Notes: generated from the sequence alone by a model not told the origin. Positions 38,776 to 47,757 are shown, numbered from the stretch's first letter. The stretch: 64,000 nucleotides of DNA from Pusillimonas sp. (GCA_049672825.1 JBATWU010000032.1:7794-71793), one strand, 5' to 3'. Numbers and translations are program-made.

Positions 38776-39273
38776 TTAGCAACAAGACGGTTCGGGCTTA
38801 CTGCATGCATTTTCTGCTTTGGGCGGCGTAGCAAAAGAGTTTGGCTTGGAGGTGCAGCACGCGCTATCTGCGTCTAATGCCTGGCGGGATTGGCCATAGG
38901 TTGCTGCGCTTTCCAGCGTATGGAATGATTCCCAGGCAACACCCTGGGGGTCGATGGACCAGTACTTATCAGACTTGGCGTAGCAGCAGGTTGTATTGTT
39001 TTGCTGCTCCACAGGCAGGCTCGCGCTTGCCAGTCGCGCTTGAATTTCCGCCAGCTCGGCATCGTTCTCGACTTGAATGCCAAGGTGGTCCACACCCAGC
39101 TTGGCAGGCGCTGTACCCAGGGATGAAATGGCAAAATTCACCCGTGGATCTTCAAGCGCCCATTTTGCATAGTCTGATTTGACGATAGTGGGCTCTGCTG
39201 CAAATAACGCCGAGTAGTAGCGGATGCTGGCGGGCAGATCGGCTACGGCGACATGGACATGAAAGCGTTTCAT
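38776..39273 (-). CDS. arsI: ArsI/CadI-family glyoxalase-fold metalloenzyme (candidate C-As lyase)
   Basis: 165 aa. His5, His63 and Glu115 sit at the positions of the ArsI Fe(II) triad. The vicinal pair Cys96-Cys97 (TTCCYAK) sits at the ArsI substrate-binding position. Cys-rich C-terminal tail. Confidence 0.8.
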   Translation of the reverse strand: MKRFHVHVAVADLPASIRYYSALFAAEPTIVKSDYAKWALEDPRVNFAISSLGTAPAKLGVDHLGIQVENDAELAEIQARLASASLPVEQQNNTTCCYAKSDKYWSIDPQGVAWESFHTLESAATYGQSRQALDADSACCTSKPNSFATPPKAENACSKPEPSCC

Positions 39274-39605
39274 GATGAGGGCTCCGAGGTGATGTCACAG
39301 TTGCTTATGGGAGAGCATGGATTGCCGCCGCAGCAGTTCTCCGTCAGGTAAGCAAGCAGGTCATTCATCGTCTCGTAGCGCGCCGAATAAATGATTGACC
39401 GCCCATCCTGGCGACTAGCGAGCAATCCGGCTCGATACAGTTCTTTTAAGTGAAAGGACAATGACGATGCCGGCATGTTCATCAACTCGGCGATACGGCC
39501 TGCCGGCAAGCCCTCTGGCCCTGCTTGCACCAAGGTGCGAAAGACCGACAGGCGGATTGAGTGAGCTAGGGCGGCAAGCGCCTCAAGTGCGTTATTTGTT
39601 TCCAT
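39270..39605 (-). CDS. arsR: ArsR/SmtB-family metalloregulator
   Basis: wHTH block PAGRIAELMNMPASSLSFHLKELYRAGLL. C-terminal CCGGNPC triad (C91, C92, C97), like C-terminal As(III)-site ArsRs. Confidence 0.9.
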   Translation of the reverse strand: METNNALEALAALAHSIRLSVFRTLVQAGPEGLPAGRIAELMNMPASSLSFHLKELYRAGLLASRQDGRSIIYSARYETMNDLLAYLTENCCGGNPCSPISNCDITSEPSS

Positions 39606-39606
39606 G

Positions 39607-39624
39607 ATTCGACCATAGTCGAAT
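39607..39624. promoter_or_regulatory. Perfect 7-bp inverted repeat immediately upstream of arsR (candidate operator)
   Basis: ATTCGAC-cata-GTCGAAT starts 2 nt upstream of the arsR start codon. Confidence 0.3.
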
Positions 39625-39761
39625 TATGGAAAGATTGCAATCAATATTCGCGACCTTGACGACTTTCCGCATAGTAAGAGCGGGGTTGCGCCAGAATCGG
39701 GCAGTGGTGTCCCTGGGCAGGGATTGAAGTGGTTTTGCTTTGATTGACCTATTCTGTCAGG

Positions 39762-39976
39762 TCATTGAAGGCCGCAGATCACACCTTCCACGCCATTGCC
39801 CGGCCTGGTCTTCATCCTGAGCCTACCGGCCAGACGCGCCATGAGATCCATGCGCTCATGAAGAATCGCCACGATCAGCGCAGGCGCACCTGCGCATCGC
39901 CCTATTGTTTGCGCGTGCAGCGGATGATCCCGCGCATATCGTCTTCGGCCTGCGCCGTGAGCAGATAGGCCGTCAC
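39762..39976 (-). pseudogene. Decayed ParE/RelE-type toxin remnant
   Basis: GTG at 39976 overlaps the stop of the upstream 70-aa ORF (GTGA). It reads VTAYLLTAQAEDDMRGIIRCTRKQ, then TAG where ParE proteins have Trp, then GDAQV. A second frame downstream reads ALIVAILHERMDLMARL, a typical ParE C-terminus. The total length is too short for an intact toxin, which implies an internal deletion plus a frame change. Confidence 0.45.
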
Positions 39977-40185
39977 ACCACGAAGTGTTCATGCGAGGCC
40001 CGTTCGAACCATTTCCGCACCGCCAGCCAGTGAGGATCGCCGTACAGGCGGCGAAATCGTCGGGTTTCCTCCGACTGTTCGTTGCGCCAAACGCCCAAGC
40101 GCAGTTCCACATACTGCGGGGTGAGCGCAATCCCACATTCGACGGTGATGCAATGGTGCCATTGTTCAGATGTACGGGGGATCAT
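39973..40185 (-). CDS. Hypothetical 70-aa Trp-rich protein (family not recognised); position fits an antitoxin and/or a gene divergent from the Zur box
   Basis: ORF MIPRTSEQWHHCITVECGIALTPQYVELRLGVWRNEQSEETRRFRRLYGDPHWLAVRKWFERASHEHFVV. Its stop overlaps the ParE-remnant start. Confidence 0.4.
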   Translation of the reverse strand: MIPRTSEQWHHCITVECGIALTPQYVELRLGVWRNEQSEETRRFRRLYGDPHWLAVRKWFERASHEHFVV

Positions 40186-40237
40186 GAGTGCCTCCTGCCA
40201 ATGATTATCATTGCCATCCCTTCAATCATTAATGGTA

Positions 40238-40252
40238 TGTTATAACATAACA
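40238..40252. promoter_or_regulatory. Zur box (zinc uptake regulator operator)
   Basis: TGTTATAACATAACA is an exact match to the TGTTAT-N3-ATAACA palindrome reported for beta/gamma-proteobacterial Zur (recalled as TGTTATDNHATAACA). It lies in the divergent intergenic region upstream of the first COG0523 gene. Confidence 0.7.
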
Positions 40253-40449
40253 TTTAAAGGCTGGGAAACCCATGTGAACTACGAGATAAGACCATGAACG
40301 TCTGACAAATGGCCGCGCATTCGAATTTCGCCGCGCGGTCATTGAAGTGCATGGCAAATGCTCCAGTTGCTGTGCGATTGAACGGGGCGGTCAATGCTGA
40401 TGCGGCTGGGCGCCAACAGTTTTTTTCTTATGACTTTAGATACCGAGCG

Positions 40450-41679
40450 ATGAACCTACCTACTTTTCAACCTGACTCTCGATTGCCCGTCACTGTCCTC
40501 TCCGGTTTTCTCGGCGCAGGCAAAACCACGCTGCTCAACCACATTCTGAACAACCGCGAGGGACGGCGCGTGGCGGTCATCGTCAACGACATGTCCGAGG
40601 TCAATATCGACGCCGCGCTGGTGCGCGAGGGCGGAGCCGAACTGTCCCGCACCGACGAGAAGCTGGTCGAAATGAGCAACGGCTGCATCTGCTGCACCTT
40701 GCGCGAAGACCTGCTGCTTGAAGTGGACCGTCTGGCCAAGGAGGGCCGATTCGACCAGCTCGTCATCGAATCCACCGGCATTTCCGAACCCTTGCCGGTC
40801 GCCGAAACTTTCACCTTCGAGGGAGAAGACGGCCGCAGCCTGGCCGAGGTGGCTCGCCTGGACACCATGGTGACGGTGGTCGATGCCTACAACTTCTTGC
40901 GCGACTACGGTTCGCGTGACAGCCTGCAAGCGCGCGGCGAATCCATGGGCGAAGAAGACGAGCGCACCGTGGTGGATCTGCTGATCGAACAGATCGAGTT
41001 TTGCGACGTCCTTGTGCTCAACAAGGTGGATTTGATCGACGAGCAAGCGCGTGAACGGTTGATGGCAATTCTGCGCACGCTGAACCCCAGGGCGTGCATC
41101 GAGGTGGCCGAGTTCGGCAAGGTGCCGCTGGATCGCGTGCTGGACACGGGCCTGTTCGATTTCCAGGAAGCGTCCAAGGCGCCCGGATGGCTGCAGGAAC
41201 TGCGCGGCAACCATACGCCCGAGACCGAGGAATACGGTATTCGCAGCTTCGTCTACCGCGCGCGCCGACCATTTCATCCGCAACGCTTCCATGACTATGT
41301 CGCAAGCGAATTGCCGGGCGTGGTGCGTTCCAAGGGCTTTTACTGGCTGGCAAGCCATCCGACACTGGCCGGCTCCTGGTCGCAGGCCGGCGCCATTGTT
41401 CGGCATGGCCCGGCAGGCTACTGGTGGGCGGCCATGCCGCCGGAGCGCTGGCCGCAGGACCCGGAAACTGTCCGTCTGATCCGCGAAAAATGGGACGACC
41501 GTGTGGGTGACGCGCGCCAGGAGCTGGTGCTGATCGGCATGGATATGGACGAGCGCGCGCTGCGCGCGCACTTCGATGCCTGTCTGCTGACCGAGGGGGA
41601 AATGGCCGTCGGTCCGGAGGTCTGGCAGCAGTGGCACACCCCCTTCGAACAGTGGCCCGAACGTCAACCCGCATTCTGA
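40450..41679 (+). CDS. COG0523-family G3E GTPase (ZigA/YeiR/CobW-like zinc metallochaperone)
   Basis: Start at [33 protein letters not shown] (Walker A); an upstream alternative is ATG 40309. CxCC motif GCICCTL. CobW C-terminal domain. Confidence 0.9.
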   Translation: MNLPTFQPDSRLPVTVLSGFLGAGKTTLLNHILNNREGRRVAVIVNDMSEVNIDAALVREGGAELSRTDEKLVEMSNGCICCTLREDLLLEVDRLAKEGRFDQLVIESTGISEPLPVAETFTFEGEDGRSLAEVARLDTMVTVVDAYNFLRDYGSRDSLQARGESMGEEDERTVVDLLIEQIEFCDVLVLNKVDLIDEQARERLMAILRTLNPRACIEVAEFGKVPLDRVLDTGLFDFQEASKAPGWLQELRGNHTPETEEYGIRSFVYRARRPFHPQRFHDYVASELPGVVRSKGFYWLASHPTLAGSWSQAGAIVRHGPAGYWWAAMPPERWPQDPETVRLIREKWDDRVGDARQELVLIGMDMDERALRAHFDACLLTEGEMAVGPEVWQQWHTPFEQWPERQPAF

Positions 41680-41692
41680 GTCATTCCCAAGC

Positions 41693-42190
41693 ATGATGGC
41701 ATCTTCGCAACCGCAACTGGATATTGATCAAGACGCGATCCAGACTGAGCTGGTTCAGGCCTTCGCTTGCCTGCCCGATTGGCCGCAGCGCTACCAGTAC
41801 CTGATCGATCTGGGCAGGACGCTGCAGGGGTTTGCGCAAGCGTATCGGATCGACCGATACAAGCTGCGTGGCTGCCAAGCCAGTGTCTGGCTGAAGCCTG
41901 AGTGGCGGGATGGCCGCATTTACTTCACCGGCACAAGCGACTCCCTCATCGTTGCGGGCTTGATGGCGCTCTTGTTTCGTCTCTATTCCGGCAGAACTTT
42001 TTCTGACGTGTTGACGGCCTCCCCCTGGTGTCTCAAAGAAATGGGGCTGCATCATCATTTATCGCCTCAGCGGGCGACGGGCCTGGCCGGCATGGTCGAG
42101 CGCATGCGTGAATTCGCCGTGCAATGCAGCCGGCCGGCATCTATCAACACTATGGATACACCCAGCAGGTTGGGGCACGCCGCCAACTGA
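41693..42190 (+). CDS. sufE: SufE-family sulfur acceptor protein
   Basis: Blocks LPDWPQRYQYLIDLG and the conserved Cys context KLRGCQASVWL. Confidence 0.85.
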   Translation: MMASSQPQLDIDQDAIQTELVQAFACLPDWPQRYQYLIDLGRTLQGFAQAYRIDRYKLRGCQASVWLKPEWRDGRIYFTGTSDSLIVAGLMALLFRLYSGRTFSDVLTASPWCLKEMGLHHHLSPQRATGLAGMVERMREFAVQCSRPASINTMDTPSRLGHAAN

Positions 42191-42303
42191 TCGAGCATAA
42201 ATTGGATACCGTACTTACCGACCTTCCCGATGCTTCAATCGCGCATAGCCAGCGCAGCGAAGCCTGCGTCGCCGTGACGCTGGCGTCTCAGGCACCGACC
42301 CGC

Positions 42304-43444
42304 ATGAACCATCCTGCCTCCACTCTCATACCCGTTACGCTGCTCACCGGCTTTCTGGGCAGCGGCAAGACCACAGTGCTCAACCACCTGGTACGCCAGA
42401 CCGAATTGGCCGACGCGTTGGTCATCATCAATGAGTTCGGTGAAATCTCCCTGGACCACCTGCTGTTCACCCATAGTGCCGAAAACCTTGTCATGGAAAT
42501 GAGTAGCGGCTGCCTGTGCTGCACCATCCGGGGAGATTTGGTCAAGACGCTATCGGACATGACTTGGCGCTTCTCGCGTAACGGACAGCGCCAGTTCAAC
42601 CGCGTGGTGATCGAAACCACGGGCCTGGCCGACCCGGCCCCAATCGTTCACACGCTGATGACCCACCCGCAGGTGGTCAACCGATACCGCCTGGACGGCA
42701 TCGTGACAACCCTTGATCTGGCCACCGGCAACGCCACCCTGAACCGCCACGTAGAAGCCGTGCGCCAGGCCGCGATCGCCGATTGCCTGCTGCTCACCAA
42801 AGCAGACATGGTGGACACCGAGACGCGCGATGCGTTCCTGCGCCGGCTCGACGCCATCAACCCGGCCGCGTCGCGCTGGGAGGTGCGCCACGGCGAAATC
42901 GCGGCGACCAAGGTGCTGGATCTTGGACTGTTCTCGACCGAGGGCAAGGCGCCCGACGTCGAGCGCTGGCTGCGCGAGGAAGCATACGCGGACGACACGC
43001 ATCGCCATGATAAGGAAGTCGGCCATGCCCATGCCCACCATCATGAGGATGAGCATCATCGTGACCATGACGGCCATGGTCACGAGGCCCATCGCCACGA
43101 TGTCAATCGCCACGACGATCACATCCGCGCATTCTGCTTCGCAGTGGACGAACCAATTCCCGAAGACCTGTTGGCCGCCTGGCTGGAGGTGCTGATGAGT
43201 TTCGTCGGAGAGAACATCCTGCGCGTCAAGGGTATCCTGAACATCGAGGGGAGCGACCAGCCGGTGGTCATCCACGGTGTGCAGCATATTTTTCATCCAC
43301 CCGCGACACTCCCGGCGCTGGCCCAGCGCGGATCGGCGCTCGCGGCTGGTGTTCATCACCCGGGATGTGAGCCGTCAAAATATCGAAGACACCTTCCGGG
43401 CCTTTCGCGATGTCTTGCCCCAGCTGCGGGAGGCGGCCGCATGA
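42304..43444 (+). pseudogene. Second COG0523 GTPase with His-rich insert; apparent 1-nt frameshift near 43318
   Basis: Start at MNHPASTLIPVTLLTGFLGSGKTTVLNHLV. CxCC motif GCLCCTI. His-rich stretch HRHDKEVGHAHAHHHEDEHHRDHDGHGHEAHRHDVNRHDDH. After ...FHPPATLP the canonical C-terminus (R)[42 protein letters not shown]-stop is encoded in the +1 frame, with TGA at 43442-43444. The as-written frame instead reads through into cysS, giving the 910-aa ORF 42124-44856. Confidence 0.7.
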
Positions 43445-44856
43445 TGCCCGCCATCCATTTGTACAACACCTTGACGCGAAGCAAGGAGTCGCTGCGCACC
43501 ACAAGCCCGGATCACGTCACGATGTACGTGTGCGGCCCGACCGTCTACAACTACGCGCATCTGGGCAACGCGCGGCCGGCCGTGGTCTTCGACGTGCTCG
43601 CCCGACTGCTGCGTCACGTCTACCCGCATGTCACCTATGCGCGCAACTTCACCGACGTGGACGACAAGATCAACGCGGCAGCGGCGGCGGCAGACGTGCC
43701 CATCGGCGCAATCACGGCACGCTACATCGACGCTTACCACGAAGACATGCACGCCTTGGGCGTGCTGGCGCCGGATCTGGCGCCCCGCGTCACCGAGCAC
43801 ATACCGGCCATCATCGATCTCATCCGCATCTTGATCGCACGCGGGCACGCCTATGAAGCCCAAGGGCATGTGCTGTTCGACGTAGCCTCTTTTCCGGAAT
43901 ATGGGCGCCTGTCCGGGCGCAGGCCCCAGGACATGATGGCCGGTGCGCGCGTGGAAGTCGCGCCCTACAAGCGCAATCCCCTGGATTTTGTATTGTGGAA
44001 GCCGTCCACGCCTGAGCTGCCTGGGTGGGACAGCCCCTGGGGACGCGGGCGCCCCGGCTGGCACATCGAATGCACGGCCATGATCGGCCAGCACCTGGGC
44101 CAGACGCTCGACATTCATGGCGGAGGCCAGGACCTGATCTTCCCGCACCACGAAAACGAAATCGCTCAGGGTACGTGCGCCCACGGCGTCCTGTACTGCC
44201 GTACCTGGGTTCACAACAGCTTTGTCACCGTCGATGGACAGAAGATGTCCAAATCACTGGGCAATGTATTGCTAGTCCGCGATTTGTTAAAACTTGCGCC
44301 CGGCGAGGCCATACGGCTTGCGCTGTTGTCTTCGCACTACCGCCACCCCTTGGATTGGACCGACGAACGGCTGACTAATGCGTGCCGCACTTTGGTTCGT
44401 TTTTACCGCGCGCTTGAAAAGACAGCGCACATCGAGGCCGCTGAGGGCGTAGGGCCTGATGAGGAAGTGTTCGCTGCATTGGCCAATGACATCAATACAC
44501 CGGCGGCACTTGCTCGGCTGCACCAGTTAGCGAGCGAGCTGGAGCGGGCGTCGTCCGATAACGTGCGCATGAACCTGAAGGCTCGCCTGCTCTACTCCGC
44601 CCGCTTGCTCGGCTTGCTGCAGGCCGATGCTGCGCGCGCGGTCGCCGACCTGCAGGGCTATCAAGCCTTGCCCACGTCGGACGTCATCGATGCCGCCTGG
44701 GTAGAGCAGTTAATTGAGCAGCGCACACAGGCCCGCGCGCATAATGATTTTGCCCGCGCCGATGTCCTGAAGAGGCAGTTGGAAGATGCCGGAATCACAG
44801 TGCAGGACTCAACCGAGGGCACCACTTGGCGAGTCGGAATGGAGGCCGTCTTATGA
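43441..44856 (+). CDS. cysS: Cysteinyl-tRNA synthetase
   Basis: Starts [19 protein letters not shown]-type motif [10 protein letters not shown]. Zn-ligand contexts [18 protein letters not shown] and [18 protein letters not shown] are retained. KMSKS motif is present. The ATG overlaps the +1-frame stop of the COG0523 gene (ATGA). Confidence 0.9.
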   Translation: MMPAIHLYNTLTRSKESLRTTSPDHVTMYVCGPTVYNYAHLGNARPAVVFDVLARLLRHVYPHVTYARNFTDVDDKINAAAAAADVPIGAITARYIDAYHEDMHALGVLAPDLAPRVTEHIPAIIDLIRILIARGHAYEAQGHVLFDVASFPEYGRLSGRRPQDMMAGARVEVAPYKRNPLDFVLWKPSTPELPGWDSPWGRGRPGWHIECTAMIGQHLGQTLDIHGGGQDLIFPHHENEIAQGTCAHGVLYCRTWVHNSFVTVDGQKMSKSLGNVLLVRDLLKLAPGEAIRLALLSSHYRHPLDWTDERLTNACRTLVRFYRALEKTAHIEAAEGVGPDEEVFAALANDINTPAALARLHQLASELERASSDNVRMNLKARLLYSARLLGLLQADAARAVADLQGYQALPTSDVIDAAWVEQLIEQRTQARAHNDFARADVLKRQLEDAGITVQDSTEGTTWRVGMEAVL

Positions 44857-45098
44857 TCCTCGGCCGCATCCTCATCCTCCTCATTCGCGGCTATCAGCTT
44901 GGCATCAGCCCGTTGATGGGCAGGAGTTGCCGCTTCCATCCTTCATGTTCGCAGTACGCCATCGAGGCGTTGCGCGCGCAGGGGGCGTTGCGGGGGATGT
45001 GGCTGACCGTCTGCCGGGTCGGGCGCTGCCACCCTTGGCATTCAGGCGGCCACGACCCAGTGCCGCCGAGACGTGGAGCGGGGAAACTGCCTCGATGA
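44853..45098 (+). CDS. yidD: YidD-family membrane protein insertion efficiency factor
   Basis: [52 protein letters not shown] overlap with the cysS stop. Confidence 0.85.
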   Translation: MILGRILILLIRGYQLGISPLMGRSCRFHPSCSQYAIEALRAQGALRGMWLTVCRVGRCHPWHSGGHDPVPPRRGAGKLPR

Positions 45099-45192
45099 TC
45101 CGTGCGCCAAATCCTGTCCACCCTGAAACAGAGACCGATACGCCATGAAACCATCCTGTTGATTTTTCCATTTTGCTCACAAAGGAGCCCTC

Positions 45193-45339
45193 ATGAAAGT
45201 TCTCTCCTCTTTGAAAGACGCCAAAACGCGCCACCGCGATTGCCAGGTCGTGCGCCGCCGCGGCCGTATCTACATCATCTGCAAGTCCAATCCGCGTTTC
45301 AAGGCCCGCCAGGGCGGCGCCAAAAACAGGAACGCCTGA
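45193..45339 (+). CDS. rpmJ: Ribosomal protein L36, C-minus (YkgO/type B, zinc-independent) paralogue
   Basis: This 48-aa ORF is not in the ORF track: [48 protein letters not shown]. It closely resembles E. coli YkgO ([41 protein letters not shown]...). AAAGGAG lies upstream. Confidence 0.9.
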   Translation: MKVLSSLKDAKTRHRDCQVVRRRGRIYIICKSNPRFKARQGGAKNRNA

Positions 45340-46460
45340 TGCACCGCCTGGATGTCGCCATCGTCGGTGCTGGTGCTGCCGGGATCGGCATGGCCCTGGC
45401 GCTGCAGAAAGTACCGGGGCTGAAGTACGGCGTACTGGAGGCCGGGCGCGTCGGCGAGTCGTTCCGGCGCTGGCCGGCGCAGACCCGCTTTATCACGCCG
45501 TCCTTTCACAGCAACCCCTTCGGCCTGGCTGACCTGAATGCCGTGAACGAGCCCAGCTCGCCGGCGATTCACGCGGGCGCCGAGCATCTGAGCGGCCCCC
45601 AATACGCCGAGTACCTGGCCTTCATCGCCAAGGGTCATGAGCTACCTATCGCCAGCGATTGCAAGGTGGAAGCGGTGGCGGCGGTGACAGGTGGCGGCTT
45701 CATCCTGGATACCTCGAAGGGCAGGCTGCAGGCGGGTTTCTTGGCCTGGGCGACGGGCGAGTACCAGTTTCCCGATCTGGCTCCTTTCCCGGGGGCCCAA
45801 TGGTGCGCGCACTACGCCCAAGTCGCCGATTGGGCGGCCTTCAAGGCCCGCCGCTATACCGTGATCGGCGGCTACGAGAGCGGCGTGGACGCGGCGGTCA
45901 ACTTGGTCAAGCTCGGGCGCAAGGTACGCCTACTTGCGCGCAAGTCCACGTGGGATCCGCAAGGCCCGCACGACCCGAGTCTGTCGCTCTCACCCTACAC
46001 CCGGCAGCGGCTCTACGAGGCGGTCGATACCGGCAGGCTGGAGATTCTGTTCGGGGTCGACGTGATCGGGGTGACGCAGAACGAAGGCGGTGTTTTCCGT
46101 ATCCACGCAGGCGATGGCCGGTATTGGGACGAGAAACAGGCGCCGATCCTGGGAACGGGATTCGTCAAAGGCGGCGGTGCCCAGCAGATCGCCGAACTCT
46201 GGGGCTGGGACGAGGATGGCCGCGTAATGCTGTCCGAAGCCGACGAATCGACCATCACCCCGGGCCTCTTCCTGGTCGGTCCGCAGGTACGCCACGATAA
46301 GCGCATCTACTGCTTTATCTATAAGTTCCGCCAGCGCTTCGGCTTGATCGCGGACAGCATCGGCCAGTGCCTGGATCGGGACACGAGCGCATTGAAAACC
46401 GGCGCCGGCGCCTGGGGGCCCTTCGGCAACAGCGAATGCTGCGAGGGCTGCGAATGCTGA
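45339..46460 (+). CDS. FAD/NAD(P)-binding pyridine-nucleotide-disulfide-type oxidoreductase with Cys-rich C-terminal tail
   Basis: Start at [22 protein letters not shown] (GxGxxG), sharing one base with the rpmJ stop (TGATG). A second dinucleotide fold lies at YTVIGGYESGVDAA. The C-terminus is ...NSECCEGCEC. Confidence 0.8.
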   Translation: MHRLDVAIVGAGAAGIGMALALQKVPGLKYGVLEAGRVGESFRRWPAQTRFITPSFHSNPFGLADLNAVNEPSSPAIHAGAEHLSGPQYAEYLAFIAKGHELPIASDCKVEAVAAVTGGGFILDTSKGRLQAGFLAWATGEYQFPDLAPFPGAQWCAHYAQVADWAAFKARRYTVIGGYESGVDAAVNLVKLGRKVRLLARKSTWDPQGPHDPSLSLSPYTRQRLYEAVDTGRLEILFGVDVIGVTQNEGGVFRIHAGDGRYWDEKQAPILGTGFVKGGGAQQIAELWGWDEDGRVMLSEADESTITPGLFLVGPQVRHDKRIYCFIYKFRQRFGLIADSIGQCLDRDTSALKTGAGAWGPFGNSECCEGCEC

Positions 46461-47515
46461 CCGTCCTCAAGAACATTGTCCGACCATCGTGGGTTTCCGT
46501 ACTGCTGGTCGCCAGCATTCTCGGCGGTGCGGTCGTGGGCCACCAGTGGCCGGTGGCGGGCGAGGCGCTGCGCGATTACGTGGACGGCACTCTGCTGGCG
46601 CTGGTCGTGCTGCTTTTCTTCGGCGTGCGCTTCGAGGCCGTCGTGCGCGCCTGGAGCAACTTGCGCTTTCTGGGTCTGGCCCTGCTTGCCACTTACCTTT
46701 TTGTTCCCGTCATCAGCTACGCCATTGCCTCGGTCGCGTTGTCGGCATACCCCCTGTTCATGGTCGGGCTGGTGATCTACTTCATGTCGCCCTGCACGGA
46801 CTGGTTCCTGGGTTTCACGCGACTGGCGGGCGGCAACGTGGCCCTGGGCACGGCCCTCATCCCGATCAATATGATGGTGCAGCTTCTGCTGTATCCGGTC
46901 TATCTCTATCTTTTCACGCGCAGTGCCGTTCCTATCCAGGCCGACGTCATCGGCAGCACGCTGCTGCACTGGTTTCTCGTGCCGTTCGCCGTGGGGGTGG
47001 CGGCCCATTACCTCCTGCGCCGCCTGCTGGCCGCCGAACGGTTCGATCGTCTGCTGCGCTGGGTCGACCTGGCAACACCCTGGGTCATCGCACTGCTGGT
47101 GGTGGAGATCTTCGCCGGCAACATCGCCGTCATCCTCCAGCACAGCGCCGTGTTCGGCTGGGTACTGCTGGCGGTATTCGTCTTCTTCGTCGCCACCTTT
47201 TTGCTCGGCGAGGCGATGAGCCGCCTGGGCCGGCTCGCCTATCCCGAACACGCCCTGCTGACCATGACCGTCGCGGCCCGCAACGCCCCGTTGATGCTCG
47301 CCGTGACCATGGTCGCGTTGCCGAATCAGCCGCTGGTGTATGCCGCCATCGTCATCGGCATGCTGGTGGAGTTTCCCCATCTCACGCTATTGCAGCGGGT
47401 GCTGCTTGGCCGGCGCGGCCAACACGAGCACGTCGACTCGCCTGGCTCAATACCAACCCCGCATGCCATGGCGTCAAACGAGCCGCCACGCAATTTACCC
47501 TCAAAGAACCCATGA
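46454..47515 (+). CDS. Multi-TM permease of the ACR3/bile-acid:sodium symporter (SBF-like) superfamily, substrate unknown
   Basis: Start at MLTVLKNIV overlaps the upstream stop (ATGCTGA). About 10 hydrophobic segments. The block FMSPCTDWFLGFTRLAGGN resembles the ACR3 APCTAMV region. Confidence 0.7.
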   Translation: MLTVLKNIVRPSWVSVLLVASILGGAVVGHQWPVAGEALRDYVDGTLLALVVLLFFGVRFEAVVRAWSNLRFLGLALLATYLFVPVISYAIASVALSAYPLFMVGLVIYFMSPCTDWFLGFTRLAGGNVALGTALIPINMMVQLLLYPVYLYLFTRSAVPIQADVIGSTLLHWFLVPFAVGVAAHYLLRRLLAAERFDRLLRWVDLATPWVIALLVVEIFAGNIAVILQHSAVFGWVLLAVFVFFVATFLLGEAMSRLGRLAYPEHALLTMTVAARNAPLMLAVTMVALPNQPLVYAAIVIGMLVEFPHLTLLQRVLLGRRGQHEHVDSPGSIPTPHAMASNEPPRNLPSKNP

Positions 47516-47757
47516 TCCGTAAGAATCCCCGCGGCGACCCGACGGACCTGGCCAGCTTTCCCCGCACCTCGGCCGACGCTAGCGAATTCTCCGAAGACGT
47601 GGCGCGCACCAACAACAGTCTGGTGCTGGGATACAAGACTATCCAAAACGAACTCCGAGCCGCCATGAACGACATCGCTCCCGATACGCTCGTAGCCCAG
47701 CCGTTCGACGGCACGGGGATAGGTGGTTTATTCGATGAAGTCATTCACGATGCTTAA
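47512..47757 (+). CDS. Hypothetical 81-aa acidic protein, translationally coupled on both sides
   Basis: [85 protein letters not shown] overlap with the permease stop. Its own stop lies 8 nt inside the next gene. No family recognised. Confidence 0.4.
   Translation: MIRKNPRGDPTDLASFPRTSADASEFSEDVARTNNSLVLGYKTIQNELRAAMNDIAPDTLVAQPFDGTGIGGLFDEVIHDA

Noticed and set aside
40293-40449. Alternative upstream starts (ATG 40309 and 40351) and a 3-codon uORF (40293) for the first COG0523 gene, which would shorten the leader after the Zur box.
   Set aside because: The added residues have no counterpart in COG0523 proteins, whose conserved core begins a few residues before the Walker A motif. This is not excluded, only judged less likely.
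42124-44856. Taking the 910-aa ORF at face value as a designed COG0523-CysRS fusion protein beginning at 42124.
   Set aside because: The 43-codon linker has no family resemblance, whereas the +1 frame encodes the canonical CobW C-terminus ending in an ATGA overlap with the cysS ATG. The N-terminal 60 codons precede the conserved Walker A start. It is reported instead as an apparent frameshift that needs verification.
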